From Trichosphaerium sp. ATCC 40318 (lineage: Eukaryota; Protista; Tubulinea), in NCBI GenBank assembly GCA_038496445.1, contig JALMLS010000585.1, forward strand, positions 124,001-188,000: 64,000 nucleotides of DNA, written 5' to 3'. The translations under genes and the position numbers were made by a program. Below, piece after piece: positions 48,584-62,637 of the stretch (position 1 is the stretch's first letter; the number at the start of each line of letters is the position of its first letter). Below the pieces are notes generated by a model. The model did not search any database. It was given only the letters and a program-made list of their open reading frames with translations, and was not told the origin of the DNA.

Positions 48584-49537
48584 GTAAAATATGAAGACGA
48601 ACGAGAAAGGGACTTGTACATTGAGTACTCAGAACATCAATAAACGATTATTAAGTACGGTTGTATGGTGTTTTGATAAACCACAGTGTATATTTGAAAG
48701 TGATACACCTGTTTACATGTCACACAGTAGTGCCTATGTTGAGGTACTTCAGCAGACAAAAAAAAATATGACAAGTCAAAAATGCATTAGTCTTCGTTTC
48801 TCTTAATCTTAGCTCTTTACGGCTCTTATATCTACCTTTATTAGTGACCATGGTAGTACAACTTTTCTAATAGCAGGTACAAAGAAAGCAGCAAGGAAGA
48901 AAATCACGACAAGCTATGCAGTAAGAATAAAACGAGAATTCCTACATATTTTAGTTTCTTTTGTACCGCTATGACTGAACCAACTGTGGCTCCAACAATT
49001 AAGGCTATATTATTGTTTCAACCATTCACATGTGTTTTTAGAGTTCAAGTCGTGTGGGTTCATTTAAAGCTGGACTTTTTTTGGACACGAACATAAATTT
49101 CTTTTTAAGGGTTTCTATGTCTGTCGATAAAAGAATAAACGTCCATCTATTACCACTAGTGGTGTTACAAACTAAAGGTTTATTAGTTCTTCTGTACCAT
49201 ATAAATGTCACTCGAAAACTGACTTGTCCTCCGCATTTGTGTTTGCAAGTTGTGATAGTTTTTTTTATTGTAAAGAAGACAAGCTTAGCCGAGGGAAAAA
49301 TCCAAACAACAATCTTGTAGTTAATTTATCCAAAACTGTTACAGTCCTTAACCGTTTAGAACCGTTGAAATAACATCACTAATCACCACGCCACGAAACA
49401 TGTGCGACAAGCCTTCCTTAATAGTTTGAGGTTAAGTAAGCATTCGCTTTAGCCTAAAGGGCATGACGGTTTGAACAACAGTAGTAGCAATGAAAAGACA
49501 TGTATAAAACGAAATAGTCGATGGTACAATATATTTG

Positions 49538-50446
49538 ATGGCTGTAAAAGAGAAATTCGCTAAAAGCATACAGGAGACCTCGCAAGGTAGTAGTGATTGT
49601 AATTTTAAGCTTGTAGTTGTTGGTGATGGCGCTGTTGGTGAGATTTTTTATCTTTATCTGTTTTACAGTAACACCTCGTGTACTCACTTAATATCGTTCT
49701 AGGCAAGACAAGCATGCTAATATCGTACACAATGAACCGCTTTCCAACTGAGTATATTCCAAGCGTTTTTGATCAGTACAGAATAAACTTATTTGATGTT
49801 GATGGAAACACAGTTGTGTTAGATCTTTGGGATACTGCTGGACAAGGAGGCTATGATAGACTCAGACATTTGACATACAAGTGTCCAGTAAGTTGTTATT
49901 CGCTTACAGACTATTGCTCTGTTATTTCTTTGTCTACCTTTTTAGCATTGTGTTCCTAATAAGTTATAGCAAACTGATGTAGTCTTGTTATCATTCTCTG
50001 TTATCAACAAGTTCTCTTTTCAAAACATAAAGTACATACTTCATGAGCTCTTGCCATAGAGAGTTTGCAAAGTCGACAGGAGCTTCATTTGTCTTCAATT
50101 TGCTAAGGTGTTTGTTTTGTAGATCGAGGTGGTTGACTGAAATTAAAGAACATTGCCCAAGTGCTAAAATAGTGCTTGTTGGTACTAAAATAGATTTAAG
50201 AACGAATATATCAAGTGTTGAACTGACGAACAAAGGAAAATCAATTGTAACTAGAGAAGAGGCTGAAACACTTGCAAAGGAAATAGGTGTACGATTTGAG
50301 TAATTAAGCCTTCTAAACTCACTATGATAAAGGCCTTCAAGTATGTTGAGTGTTCAGCTCTTACTGGTGAGGGGCTTAGTGAAGTATTTGATACAGCTGT
50401 TAGCAGTCTAGTAGCAAAAAAAGAATCATCTTGCTCAATTATGTAA
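49538..50446 (+). CDS. Rho-family (Rac-like) small GTPase
   Basis: [10 protein letters not shown]|[31 protein letters not shown] and a C-terminal CAAX box CSIM*. Confidence 0.93.
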
Positions 50447-50609
50447 CATACAATGATAATAAATATGGGATACATGCTCCCAAGGGAATGAGTTTATGGG
50501 AAAAGAAATACTGTACATTTCTGCCAATATAAGCACGTGAGAATCATAAAATGACAATAGTAACTACAAATATGAATACTAAGTTGGAACTTAGCACTGT
50601 TAATTTTTT

Positions 50610-53600
50610 TTATCCTGTTTCGAAGCTGGAGCGAATGACTTCCATCACGTGTCTAGGCTTCGGTCTTCCTCTATAAAATACATGTTAACACGTGTGTATA
50701 GATATGGTAATTAAACGCACGTTACACCAACAACATTTGATACACTTGGCATACTTGTCCAACTATACAACGGTGTACTTTTTTTATCTATAACATAAAC
50801 ACCAGGTTGTACGAAATTCTTTTCATTTGTAAATGAAGCGAAGGCCTCTGGTGTATCTTCTTTATATAAAGGAAAGTCATTTGATATCTCATGATTCTCA
50901 TCACCAAGAAGAGAGTAGTTCAAGTTCCACTTTTGCTGAGTCTCAAAACAAAAACGTCAAAACACAAATCATGTTTCGGTGCTTTGTACCTTTGCCATTT
51001 TCTCCATTGATTGTGTGCTCACGCCAATGAGACACCCTCCCCTCTCTTCAATCTATGGCGTTCAAAATTAAGCTAGGGTAGATGTGTTTTTGTACAAGTA
51101 CCTCTTTGACATGTTTCCTCCATGACCTCATGTATCGTCTACAGAAAACACACCAAGAACCTCTAAAGAACACAACTATAGTAAATTCGTTTGACGCCAT
51201 TTTCTTATCAATCCATTGCTTGGGACTTAGAGTATCAAGAGAAACTATCATACTCCTCTCATACATTCTTGGTGTCCTATAAGTCATAAGAAAAAACTGA
51301 GAATAATATACTTATCACAACGTACTTCATTTCTTTTTCAATGACATCTACTATTCCATCATCGAATACAATATTTTTTTGGTCAGGGAGTTCTAGGGAA
51401 TCAGATAATACAGACCTCGTTTTAATGAGATTATTCTCTGCTTTGTTATCTGTAGGTATATCCAAGTCTTTGAGTGCTTTGAAATTACTTTCACAAAACG
51501 AAGTAACTTTATTATGAAGATCTTTGTCGTTTACTGAGAAGTTATCCTTGATAGCTTCACTAAATAATTGGTTTTAGTTTAAGGTATGTGAAGTGATATA
51601 TCATTTTTAGTATACCTGTTGTAGAGAACAAAGTTCCCTAGTGCTTGAATTGATTTAACCATTTCTTTTTTCCCAAGTTTTTGTTTTTTTTCTTCTTTTG
51701 TATGTTGTTCTGTGTAAACTTTTGTGAATATCTTCGATACTGCATTTTTTACTCGTTCTTTGTTGTCTTTAATATATACCAATATATCTTTGTTTTCAAT
51801 ACGGCTCTCTGGGAGTTCTCCAGAAAGTACACGCATTGCCAAGCATATGCTCAAGATGTTTCTGCTTGCATTTACATTAAAAGAAACTGCAAAGAAGTAA
51901 GAATTACTGAACGCTTAACAATATTATTACGTACTTGAAGGTCTTCTTGATGAAGAACAACGTATTGGTCCGCAAGAAAAGCATTCCAGAGGTTGTTTCA
52001 AAAAATTACAGAGTCCTTGGTGCAGCAAGAAAGATTTTGCGATTTTAATAAAAACATCCTTAGTTGCTCCTTTTTTCTTGTACTTAGACATCCCTATGGA
52101 AACTATTGCTTGTAACCCTTGTACAACAACTTGTGGTACATCATCAATCAAATCAATAAAAACTGATACGAAATAGTCTAACAACTCTACAACTGAGCAC
52201 TGTCCTTTTGCCAAGTGATCTATAAATAGAATGTTAATGAACGAACAAATTTTTTTGTAGTCTCAATTTGTTACGCACGTAGAAGTTTCTTCAATCTTCC
52301 ACCTATACTACGTAAAGCGTATGTAATTGTATGTGCGAATACAAGTGATGTTGATGTATTTTCACTCAGTACAAACATCCATGGTTCTCCTCGTTTTTTT
52401 CTAAAAAATTTTGATAAGTGATGGAGTACAATGCTTAGTTTTGTCAACCTGTAGAAGTTTTCTAGCATGTAGTTCAGACTTTCTTCTCTCTTAGGCGCGC
52501 AGACATTATATTCATGATATAGCACGTATTTAAGGAGTTGTAGGGTTGATTTATCTCCTTGAGATGCAACAAGTTTAACGAAACTATCAACGCTTTCTTT
52601 TGGTGCATCTAATGTAAGTGCAAGTCCAACGCCTTTTATGAAATGTCGATGTGTCATAAGCTCCTCAATAATTTCAACATTAAGTAAATGAGACCTCCTC
52701 CAGTTTAGAGTATTTGGTTTCCTACATAAAGAGTAAACAAGACTACTTTAAAGTTTGGAAGAGTCAATCAAAGTACCAAATAAAGAGATTAGACACTGCC
52801 TTTTTGTCGCTTGATGCTGACAAGAAGTAGACAAATCTTGATCGAACATGAGTTTGTACTATACGCTCTGGGGTATGTACCATCTTCAAAGGCCTGGTGG
52901 GATTCTTGTATTACACCCGTTAGTAAAAACATGTTTAGGAAACTTGCTTTTTGTACCTTTACTAGAAGATTGTACACAGCTAGTCCTTCTTGTGTACCAA
53001 CAAAAACGAAGTTGTCTATCAAATCTATACTAGACACTCTGCTCTTCAGCTGTTCAAATATATTATCTGATTTGCGCATGTCGCTATCTTGTTTTCCTGT
53101 TTTTATCGTCAAAGTTTCTTCAGCTAAACAAAAGAATAAGAACAACATTGTTTAACTTTATGCTCCTACCTAAACCAAACACGTGAACATTTCCATCTAA
53201 ATCTCCTGCTATCACAACAGTCTTTAGTAGATGTACACTAGTAAGTGACCTCGGTGTTTCTTTGTGATAGCAGAGCTTTTGAGTCTACCGCACAATAAGA
53301 AAGAAACAGGAATAACAAAAAAACTAACCTTCTTGTACCAACAGTAAATTTCATCACGTGTAACACCAACAACGATTTCTTTATTTTGCTTGAGTGTTAT
53401 CCACCCTTTAGCAGCGTTTTCCATCTCACATCTGCTTATTGGTGAGAAGGTAATTAAACACGTAAGAGAATTACCTGAACTTGAGCTTGAAGGTATGTGT
53501 ACAATAAACTTCAATGACGTGAAGAGCACTAGCATAAGTAACAAGAGCGTTACCTTCAACCAATGAAGATAGATGTCGTATGATCTTTCCATGTTTAAAA

Positions 53601-54044
53601 AGAGGCTTTGGAAGCTTTGTCTGGCGGACTTCTTTACCTTCAAAGTCAATACGTGTTATAGTCGTTGATCCAGCAACACAAATGCCCTGGACAAGAGTGT
53701 ATGTTAACTATTATCTACTTAAGTTGTTAAGTACCGAAGGTTCTGTGAATACTGCTTGCAGGTACTCATCTTTAAAGAGCTTTGGAGTGTATAGAGAAGT
53801 TTTATCGATAGCTATGTTATACATTTGTACATCATAAATTGTTTTTCCGTCTTCTTCGTGCTCATGCATACTAACAATATGCTGACCCTCAGCTCTTATT
53901 ATCTTTGTGACATGCTTATTTTTTAAATGGATTTGTTTCTTTAGCTCTGCATGAGCAACAACAATATGCCTAACGTTAAACTTTAGCTTCAATATTAGAC
54001 CTTCGTACAAAGTTAAAGAGTGAGAAAACTGTTGATTCGAACAT
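50610..54044 (-). CDS. Large multi-exon protein (beta-propeller-like N-terminus, helical middle) apparently spliced to a C-terminal peroxiredoxin-like AhpC/TSA (PRXL2-type) domain; may be two genes
   Basis: C-terminal VVFFRGSWCVFCR, FVQPGVYVID, GRPKP. Upstream exons contain VIAGDLDGNV and VFVGTQEG. The start codon is uncertain. Confidence 0.6.
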
Positions 54045-54830
54045 GAGTTCCAAACACTTTAAAAAAAAAGAAAACAAATAAATTAACTGTTGACGTTTAT
54101 GACGAACGTCAATTTATCGAATATGTACCCTGTTCCAGCGTATGAAGCTGCAATCCACCCATCGTTGGCGAAAACAATCGTATGTCGTTTATTTAGCTTT
54201 GAGTCCACGTACGGCGGTACAACATCGTTTAAAGCGAAGCTAATCGGTTTTTAATAATCTAAATGTTATGCAGTAGTACTTACTTGTTCACGTGCTTTAC
54301 TTCGCCTTTAAGTTTATGCGTAATGCGTCTAGAGAACTAAGATTGTACGTTAGCATATAAAATAGTTATTAGGCTATTTTCCGCAAGGTATGAAAAGCGG
54401 TAAGTGGTAATTAAGTTATTTCCGCGGATTTATTAAAACCGAACGCCGTTAACTGTTTCCAGAACATGCGGTATTGAGTAGACGTAGTATCAGCATGGCG
54501 CGGATAAACAGTGGATAATATTAAATCTGTACAATGCGCACCGATGCTTTTTTGTTGCTCTTTGATATAGGTTGTCCTCTCATTGCTTGTTATGTTGATC
54601 AATGTCTCTTTTGGCGAATTTACCGTTTGTGCACTTAACAATAAAGACGTGCCTTAACTGTTTGTTTATTTCTGGCTAGGAGGTATGGACTTCAGAAGGA
54701 TGGCGTTATTACTTTGGTCAATGGACTGCTATGTGCAATATTGTATGTTTCTTGTTACAAAGTTTGTGATTTGTTTAATCAACAACATGAGTGTTGGCTG
54801 CTTTGTATGTGCCCTCAAATATTTCCGGTT

Positions 54831-56077
54831 TTAGCTATTAACCACTTCATTTGTTAGGTATATTGATGATGAACGTAACCCTTTTTTCAGGTCTTCAAAT
54901 TGAGATCTAGTAAGATTGCATCGTAGAGTTTTTAAGGTTCTATTCTTTGACAATGCCTCGATAATAGTTTCCATTTTAGGGTGACCCAAGAGGCAATCCA
55001 CTGCGATGTTCTTGATGTGTTTGTTATGTTCAAATACACTTAATAAGTTGGCATCATCCATAATACTGAAAGTGATCTTTTCCAGCGTCAAAGCGTGGAC
55101 ACTTGTGTTTAAAGCAATGCCTTGAAGAATTGGTTCCAAAATACTATTGTGTCTGTACAGAACACGAGACCCACAGTATCTGGTGGTGATAGTCTTTAAG
55201 CTTGTGTTTTCTGATAGTGCTTCTATTATTTCATCTTTAAACTTGGCATCACTGTATACATAATAGACTGTTAAGTCAGTTACAGATGTGTTAAACTTAA
55301 GGAAGTTTACAAAGTTTTAAAGCAATATCTGATATTTATCTTCAGCTCTTTGAGTGTATTATTTTCGAAAGATAGTATATCAAATATAAAGTCAAAATCA
55401 TAGTTATAAACTTGAAAGTCAAGTTTTTTTAGTGACGTTCCATCAAGGATGTTATACTTGAGATCAATTTCGCCTTTACCAAAACAACTATCATGGATTT
55501 TTAGTTCTTCAATATTCGGAAGTTCTTCTTTTGCTGAGGTATTAAATATGTCTACATGTTCTATGCCATTAGAAGATAAATCAAGGACTCTCAAGTTTGG
55601 TAATGATTTGATGGTATGCCATAAACAATCAAATAAGTTTTGGTTAACTGCTCTGTAAAAGTTGAATTGACACTTCGTTATTGATGGTAGATTTTCTAGT
55701 GTTGACGATAAATAATTAACACGTGCTGGTGTCATTATTATATGAAGTAAGCGGCTGTCAATTATAAACTCTCTTAGATTAAGCAAAAACCTTGCAGAGT
55801 TAGCTACCCATTTTAGTTTAGCATTAAACCCGTAGCTTTGCCTGAAAGCAATAGATTTAGTATTATCCCAGCATAAAAACCTCCATTCTTTGCTAACAGG
55901 TTGTACTCTTTTATGACAAACAATTAACTGGGATTAGACAACAATAGACATTATTACTTACTTGCAAAGTTCCCTGTGCGATAAAAAGCTAAGTATTAGT
56001 AGCCACAGCTCGACAGGTACTGTATGAAGCATATTATTATCTGTGCATGCGATTTCTTTAGCTCTTGGGTGGTCCAT
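54831..56077 (-). pseudogene. F-box plus RNI-like LRR protein with at least one frameshift (~55310)
   Basis: LHTVPVELWLLILSFL...VSKEWR (F-box, one intron); LRVLDLSSNGI and ALSKNRTLKTL repeats. Confidence 0.75.
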
Positions 56078-56786
56078 GTTGTATCTGACAAAGGCAAAGC
56101 GAAAGTGTTAAGTGACCGTTTTCGTGTTGCGTAAAAAGGTTGCTCACAACTACAAGCGTTTAGTTATGACAACGCTTAAGTGTTTGTGATGATTTAGCTC
56201 TAGCCAGCTGTGGCTGCTCGTTCCGCTATTGTCTTTAGCAATAAAGTTGATATTGCGTAGTATCGCAATAATGTTGAGGAACGCACTTTGCACGTGCGCT
56301 GTACCTTATTTTTCGCTATTCTTTCCTTAAGGGTGGAGTCTTACATTGAGACGAATAGTGTTTATGGTAAACACACAAAAAAAAAGCTCATTGCTCAACA
56401 ATTATTTACTTTCCACAAAATGGAAGACAAGAGGTGATAAAATTCGTAGCATGTGCAATGTAGGGCGTTGAAAAGAACGGACAATTGATTTAACACTCAA
56501 CTACGTGCAAAAAAAGAGCTGCAGCAACAAGCAAATTCTAAGCCAAGTTGATGTAGAGCAAAAAAGAACGGTAGTGCAAAAAAGGCTTCCGCTAAATTTA
56601 CAAGTTGTGTAGGAAAAGCGCGTGTTTGTAAAATCGCGTTGCTGGTAAGGTCATATATTTAAAGTGGTCACAAAAAATTAGCTGAAATTCCTTTTCTATT
56701 AATGTTTGACGCCACCCTTAAGTCACGTACGGCTAAGACACGTGTCGCTTCAAATTGATTAAACTCGTACGTGACAACAATAAGGT

Positions 56787-59451
56787 ATGGAGGAGAGGAT
56801 GGAATCATCTATGACCGACTCAATGGACACAAGCCATGGTACTGCCGAATACGGGTCTATGGGAGGCTCTGAAACTACACTCTTGTTCACGGTTCGTTTT
56901 AAACGATTTAACAACAGCTTTTGAATCGATACCATGTTTTATCGGTTGATAGGCGTCAAAATATTTTTTTAACGCCCTGATTGCCCTCTCTAGAACTTAG
57001 GACCTCCAGAAATACCCTTGAGCGAAATTCATTATAAAGAAAAAGACCTAGTGGGCGTAGGATCCTTTGGAGCAGTGTACAGAGGTAAAAGCGCTTTAAT
57101 TAGCGAATACCACGCGTTTTCTAACAGTTTAAAAGGTAGTTGCCGAAACCTCACTGTAGCAGTTAAAGTACCTATTAAAGAACTAAATGAGGATAAATTA
57201 CAAATATTCCGCGACGAAGTAAAAACTATGAGGTAAGTTAACGATTTGGCAAATAATGCCAAGTCATCTTTCAAAGAAAACTTTGGTTTTTCGCTAACAG
57301 TTTTCCTGTTTTAGACAAATCAATCATACCAAGGTTGTTCTTTTCCTTGGTGCTCATACAGAAGGAAAAACAATTAAAATAGTAACAGAATTTTGTAAAA
57401 CGGATGTTCAGAAACTACTTGATGTGCGTGTAAAAGAAAAAAAAAAGATACGAGTTTTTTTTATTAAATTTATCTAGGACGGGATATTAAAAATTCCTTT
57501 GAATATTAGACTGTTGATGGCTAAAGATGCTGCTCTTGGTATGAGTTGGATACATGGTATTAATAGTATGGTTCATAGAGATTTAAAACCTGCAAACCTT
57601 CTTGTACGTGTTAATGGTGAACATTCTCGAGAATTTTCAACGAAATATTTTCTCATAGAGAAACGAAAAAATGAAAAACGAGATTGTACTATCAGTCTAT
57701 CACATACCATTTTAATTTCTTGGTAGGTATCCTCTGATGGTACTGTTAAAATAGCAGATTTTGGATTTGGTAAAGTTTTTAAAGCTGGTACATCATTTAT
57801 TGCTCAACGAAAAGGTAAAGATTGTTCCTTTTTTACGGTAAAAAAAAATCACATCTGTTCGTTTCTTTGTTGAATTTATATTTATAAAAGTGTTGCATTA
57901 ATGGTAAGGTACAAGAGTATGCAAAAAATACTGCTAGAATATTCAAGCTGTACCTTTTTTATTTGAGTTATAAATAATATCTCTACATCTTCCTAAAGTA
58001 ATTCCCAATAGGAAGTTTATTATACATGGCACCAGAAGTCATACATCAAGAAGTAACTGACCAAAGAAGCGATATATACAGTTTCAGTATTATCCTATGG
58101 CAGCTTATAACCGGTAAAGATCCTTTGGGTAATATTCCTTTAAAAGGAACAAAAGAGGAAGCAGAGGCTTTTGCAGCGTATGTTATAACTTTCATTACAA
58201 AAATGTTATTGACTTATGTTTTTTAGAGCTGTTTATTACAATCATTACCGACCACAACTCAATGACAGTATTCCTAAGAGATTATCTATATTGATATCTA
58301 CTTGCTGGCATCCAAATTACTATCAGCGTCCTTACTTCAAAGGAGTTATTGAACAGCTTAACTTTGCAATTATTGAACAATCGATAGACAATGGAGCCGG
58401 CCAAACTTTCTGGCGGCAGAATTTTGTCACGGATAAGAAGGTACATATACCAGTACTATGGTTACTATAATAGTAGTAATGAAATAAATCAATGTACCGG
58501 TATTAACCATGTAAATGTTTAGGACATGTTAAAAGTACCTTGGGAAGTATTCAAAGAAAAACTTGAGATCGCTCTTGATTACTCCGATTTTGACAAAATG
58601 AACATCCCAACATCACCTGGATGCCTTGAACCTTTCTTATGTAATTAATTACTTCATTGTTGATGTTTTCTAATTGATATCTTTAGGCTACAAGATGAGG
58701 GTACCTACCTTGGAGAAAATTTTGAGAAAAGAAACAGTTCAAAAAATAGTACCTTGTACACCTATTGAAAACACAAATTATGTCACCATGGAGAGCTTTA
58801 ATTTAGCTTTGAAATTTTTTGGACCATTTGTATCAAAGGTTTATTCCAGGCAAATATTTGGTACTGTTTATAGATTAACACAACAGCCGTACGTCTTACA
58901 ATATCTTTGTTACTAGTTTGCAGTTTTTTTTTTGCTGACTTTTGTTTTTCTCTTGACTAGTTGGTTCCATGGCTACATTGAACTGGAAACTGCTAATTCT
59001 AGGCTTGAACGAAGAACAGTTGGTACTTTTCTTCTTAGATTATCAACGTCAAAGTGCGTACAATTATGAAAAAAAGCTTTATAATCGCGTAACTTTTTTT
59101 TTCTCACTTTTTTCTTGTTGTAGGCGTTTTCATCCGTTTACACTTTCTTATCGAGAATGGTCTCGGGAAAACAAATGTAGTCAACCAAAACATCATCGTA
59201 TATGTATACTTCCCGACCGTAAGTACAAAATAAGGTACGTCATGCATCACAATAAAGAAGGCAAAAACTATTATTAATGAACGTTGTCATTTTTTTTTTC
59301 ATTCAACAACTAACCACGCTGTCTTTTTAGTTTCAAGAAACAAGACCATGGGCCTTTTGATACGATCGAGAAACTCATTGAAGCATGCCGTCCTCTACTA
59401 AATTTAAAACAAGCTTGTCCAAAGATGATAAGAGACATTTATGAAGACTAG
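56787..59451 (+). CDS. TKL kinase with a C-terminal SH2 domain (Dictyostelium Shk-like)
   Basis: GVGSFGAVY, VAVK, HRDLKPANLL, DFG, MAPE; SH2 WFHG...GTFLLRLSTS...HPFTLS. Confidence 0.9.
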
Positions 59452-59944
59452 GCTGCACTTGTGAAAAACGGGTGTAGTTTTTGAACAAGGATATGCTCTA
59501 GTATCTTGTGTATTTTTTTTTTAAATACTCCATCCAAATCCATAAACAGTACTAAAACGATGAGCAATGTAAATAATGAAATAAAACGAACAAAAAAAAC
59601 TTGTACAAACAATTCGTACTTAGTTTCTTCTTTAATAATATCAATAAAATCAACAAGTTACTCAACCAACTTGTGCTTCTACTTTCATTGAGGAAATACA
59701 TATAAAGGAGTTTCTCTCGTAGCACGTGACTCGAAATCAAAACACGTGACAAAAACTGAAAAGTGTCGAAGAATCGATGTTAAGATAGCTACGTTTACTC
59801 TATTGGATATCTGAAGTTCATACAATTAGCCTCCTTAGTACGTTCAAAAAGGCACAAATCACTTAAGGCGGTACGTAGTAATCTTAAGTTCGATCGTAGT
59901 ATTTCAGGAAATCACGCGTTGTAAAACAGACAAGCACAGTGGGA

Positions 59945-62387
59945 ATGTATTCAATATACATTATAATAACGATATTGTCTTTAACGTGTTTAGTACAAGC
60001 TAAAAGTACGTCATAACGCTTTGTATTGTAATAAAATAATCGTAGATGATGTTCACAAGCTGATTGATAGTACTGAATCTAGATTCAACGTAGACGATGA
60101 CTGTGTTTATCTTGATACTAAAAACACCGGCGTACAAGCGTTTTCGTTTTTCTAGCTAAAAAATAGCTTACTGATTATTTTTTAGGGAGGAAATGGTACA
60201 CGTGATAACCCATTTCAGTCTTTACAAAACGCTATCGATAGCAAGGCACCTTGTATTCGGGTGTATCCGCATTGTACGTCTTTTTGTTTCGTGTTTCACT
60301 CGTTAGCATTTCTTTCAGCCGCAAAAGTTCTAGAGCTGATAATGTTAACCAACACTTATGAGTGTCAATTCTTCAAAAAGAATAAGTTGACTTGAATCTA
60401 TACTTACTTTATTTTTATAGCTGCATTCTATGCAACCTTGGACATCAATGTATCTCATAACGTTACTTTAATTTGTTATGATACATGGTCATCAGATGGG
60501 ATTTGTAGCGGATCCACATCTGTAAAGTGGAACATAGCGCCAACTTTCTTGCTTGAAGCCAAAAAGAAAACATATTTCAGTTTTAAATTTGATGGTATTT
60601 TCCCTTGGCCAAGTATCAAGGCAGCTGACGAAAAGTATAAACATTATATTACGGTCGACACGCTCATTAAATACTACCCTAATTTATACGATAAATACAG
60701 CACGCAAACCACTTTTTGAAGAATTTCCTATTTTTTTCTTCTCTTTCAAAAACACGTCATCCTAGCGTCTTCCTGGCTATTTAACTGACAGATATTGTTT
60801 AGTTAGTATTGGAAGAGATTGCATCAAAGGATCGATAACACTTGATACTATTCAAACCCAAGAAACAACCATAAGTTATTTTAATTTAGGTACATCCAAG
60901 AACAGTATTTAACTCTCCGCAGAGTGAACACGTTATTTCAGCCGCTCACCAAAGTGCTATAAATACTAACTTGTTAGAGTAGATAATTGCACAGGACAGA
61001 GCTTACAATTACGTAACCCAGTCATTAATAGCGGTGCTTTCCAAATTCATGGTAATGTAGCAACCTAGTAACTATAATAACTTGTTTGCAAAAGGGCTGG
61101 TTGATTTGTTCATAACAGGAGGTTTTATAAGTGCAACACCTATTTCAATGTCTGGTGGTTCTCTTATTATGAACTATACGTATATAATTAATAACATAAG
61201 ATACTCCCTTGATATACGAAACTACACTAAAGTGAATCTGTTTCAGGTCGTGTTTGACGAAAACTAGTATGTACACTGACTGCTCCTTTTATTTTAAACA
61301 CGTGAAAAAATTGTTTTAACCTTGTAATAATTGAAAGAAGGTCGAAAACAGTGTTAATTGCAAACACGTGATCACAGTATTAATACTTTTTAATTCTTTT
61401 TTTTTTTTTTCAGAAAAAAACTAGAGGACGGCCTTAACTCCATCGCTATATCAATTCGTTAATTTTAACCACATAGTTTAGTTCATTACAAGATACCTCC
61501 GTAGGTAAACTTTTACCTGGTAAAAATGGAATAACATCAATCATTGCCTGCTCTTTTAAAACAAACTATGTATACCGAAACTTCGTAAGTCTTTTACTTT
61601 TTTTAACCCTTCTACTTTCCGGTGGAACATGTAGACTTATTTCATTACTAACCTTCTCTAAAGACTCTTCAATACTATGTACCGTCTATATTTTTGGATC
61701 CATACAATGTAAATTACACAACCATAAAGAACAACAAAGTGGAGATTTTACGTAAGATTTTTTTTATACACTACCCTTCCCGCTTTGTTCCTTTATGGTA
61801 CTCTAATTCTATTATTCAAGCCCGCTGTGGTGCAGGGAACTACGCTTATTTTAGCCTTCTAAATTGCAAACAATGTGGTATTGACTACTACACAAATTTA
61901 GACAATAGTACATCCTGCAAAAAATGTGACTCTTCCAACCGACAGTATACACTACAAACAGGATCTGTATCCTGCAGTTTTTGCCCAGACGATTCAGAGT
62001 TCCATCCAGAAGCTACAAAGGGTGCATTGAAATGCTTACCGCCTTGCGGATTATTAAAGGTGAACAGTAAGACTCGTGGTCTTTGTATATGTGCGTCCTT
62101 TCATATTTAGCTTTTTTGGTCTAATGTAGTTTTTTAAGATGGCAGTGCATGGTTTTATACTTTTGTAGGCCTTGGAGTTACCGCCTATGTGATAGGTACA
62201 TCTAAAATCGATAATTTTAATAGCCAACATTGATGAAAGAAAACATTAAAAGGGAAACCAATCCCTAAAAAGAGCTTTTCTTAGTTCGTTGTGGTTTAAC
62301 GCTTACTCTTAACTAGTTGTTATAATTGTAGTTGTAGTGATTACACGTCGTGCAAAACGTTGGAGGGAGTACAAAACACTTCAGTAA
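59945..62387 (+). CDS. Type-I membrane/surface protein with a Cys-rich (C..C..G/D.Y) region; possible frameshift near 60720
   Basis: Signal peptide MYSIYIIITILSLTCLVQA; CGAGNY...CKQCGIDYY...SCKKC; transmembrane segment followed by TRRAKRW...LQ*. Confidence 0.6.
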
Positions 62388-62637
62388 CTAAGATATCATC
62401 AATACACGTGTGCTAAATTTGAAGTGTTAAAATACACTAAATACAACCTTGTAACAACTCAATACACTTGCGTAAGTACTTGCTGTGACGTATTCAAGCG
62501 CTCGCTAGTACACATACTAGGTGACTACGAAGTAATTTTTCTAAGTCACTTTGCTTATTCGCAACAAAACACGTGTTCAAGTAAACCCCTCAACTTAAAA
62601 GTTCGACAAGGTTAATTTTCATACATACAGTACAGTC

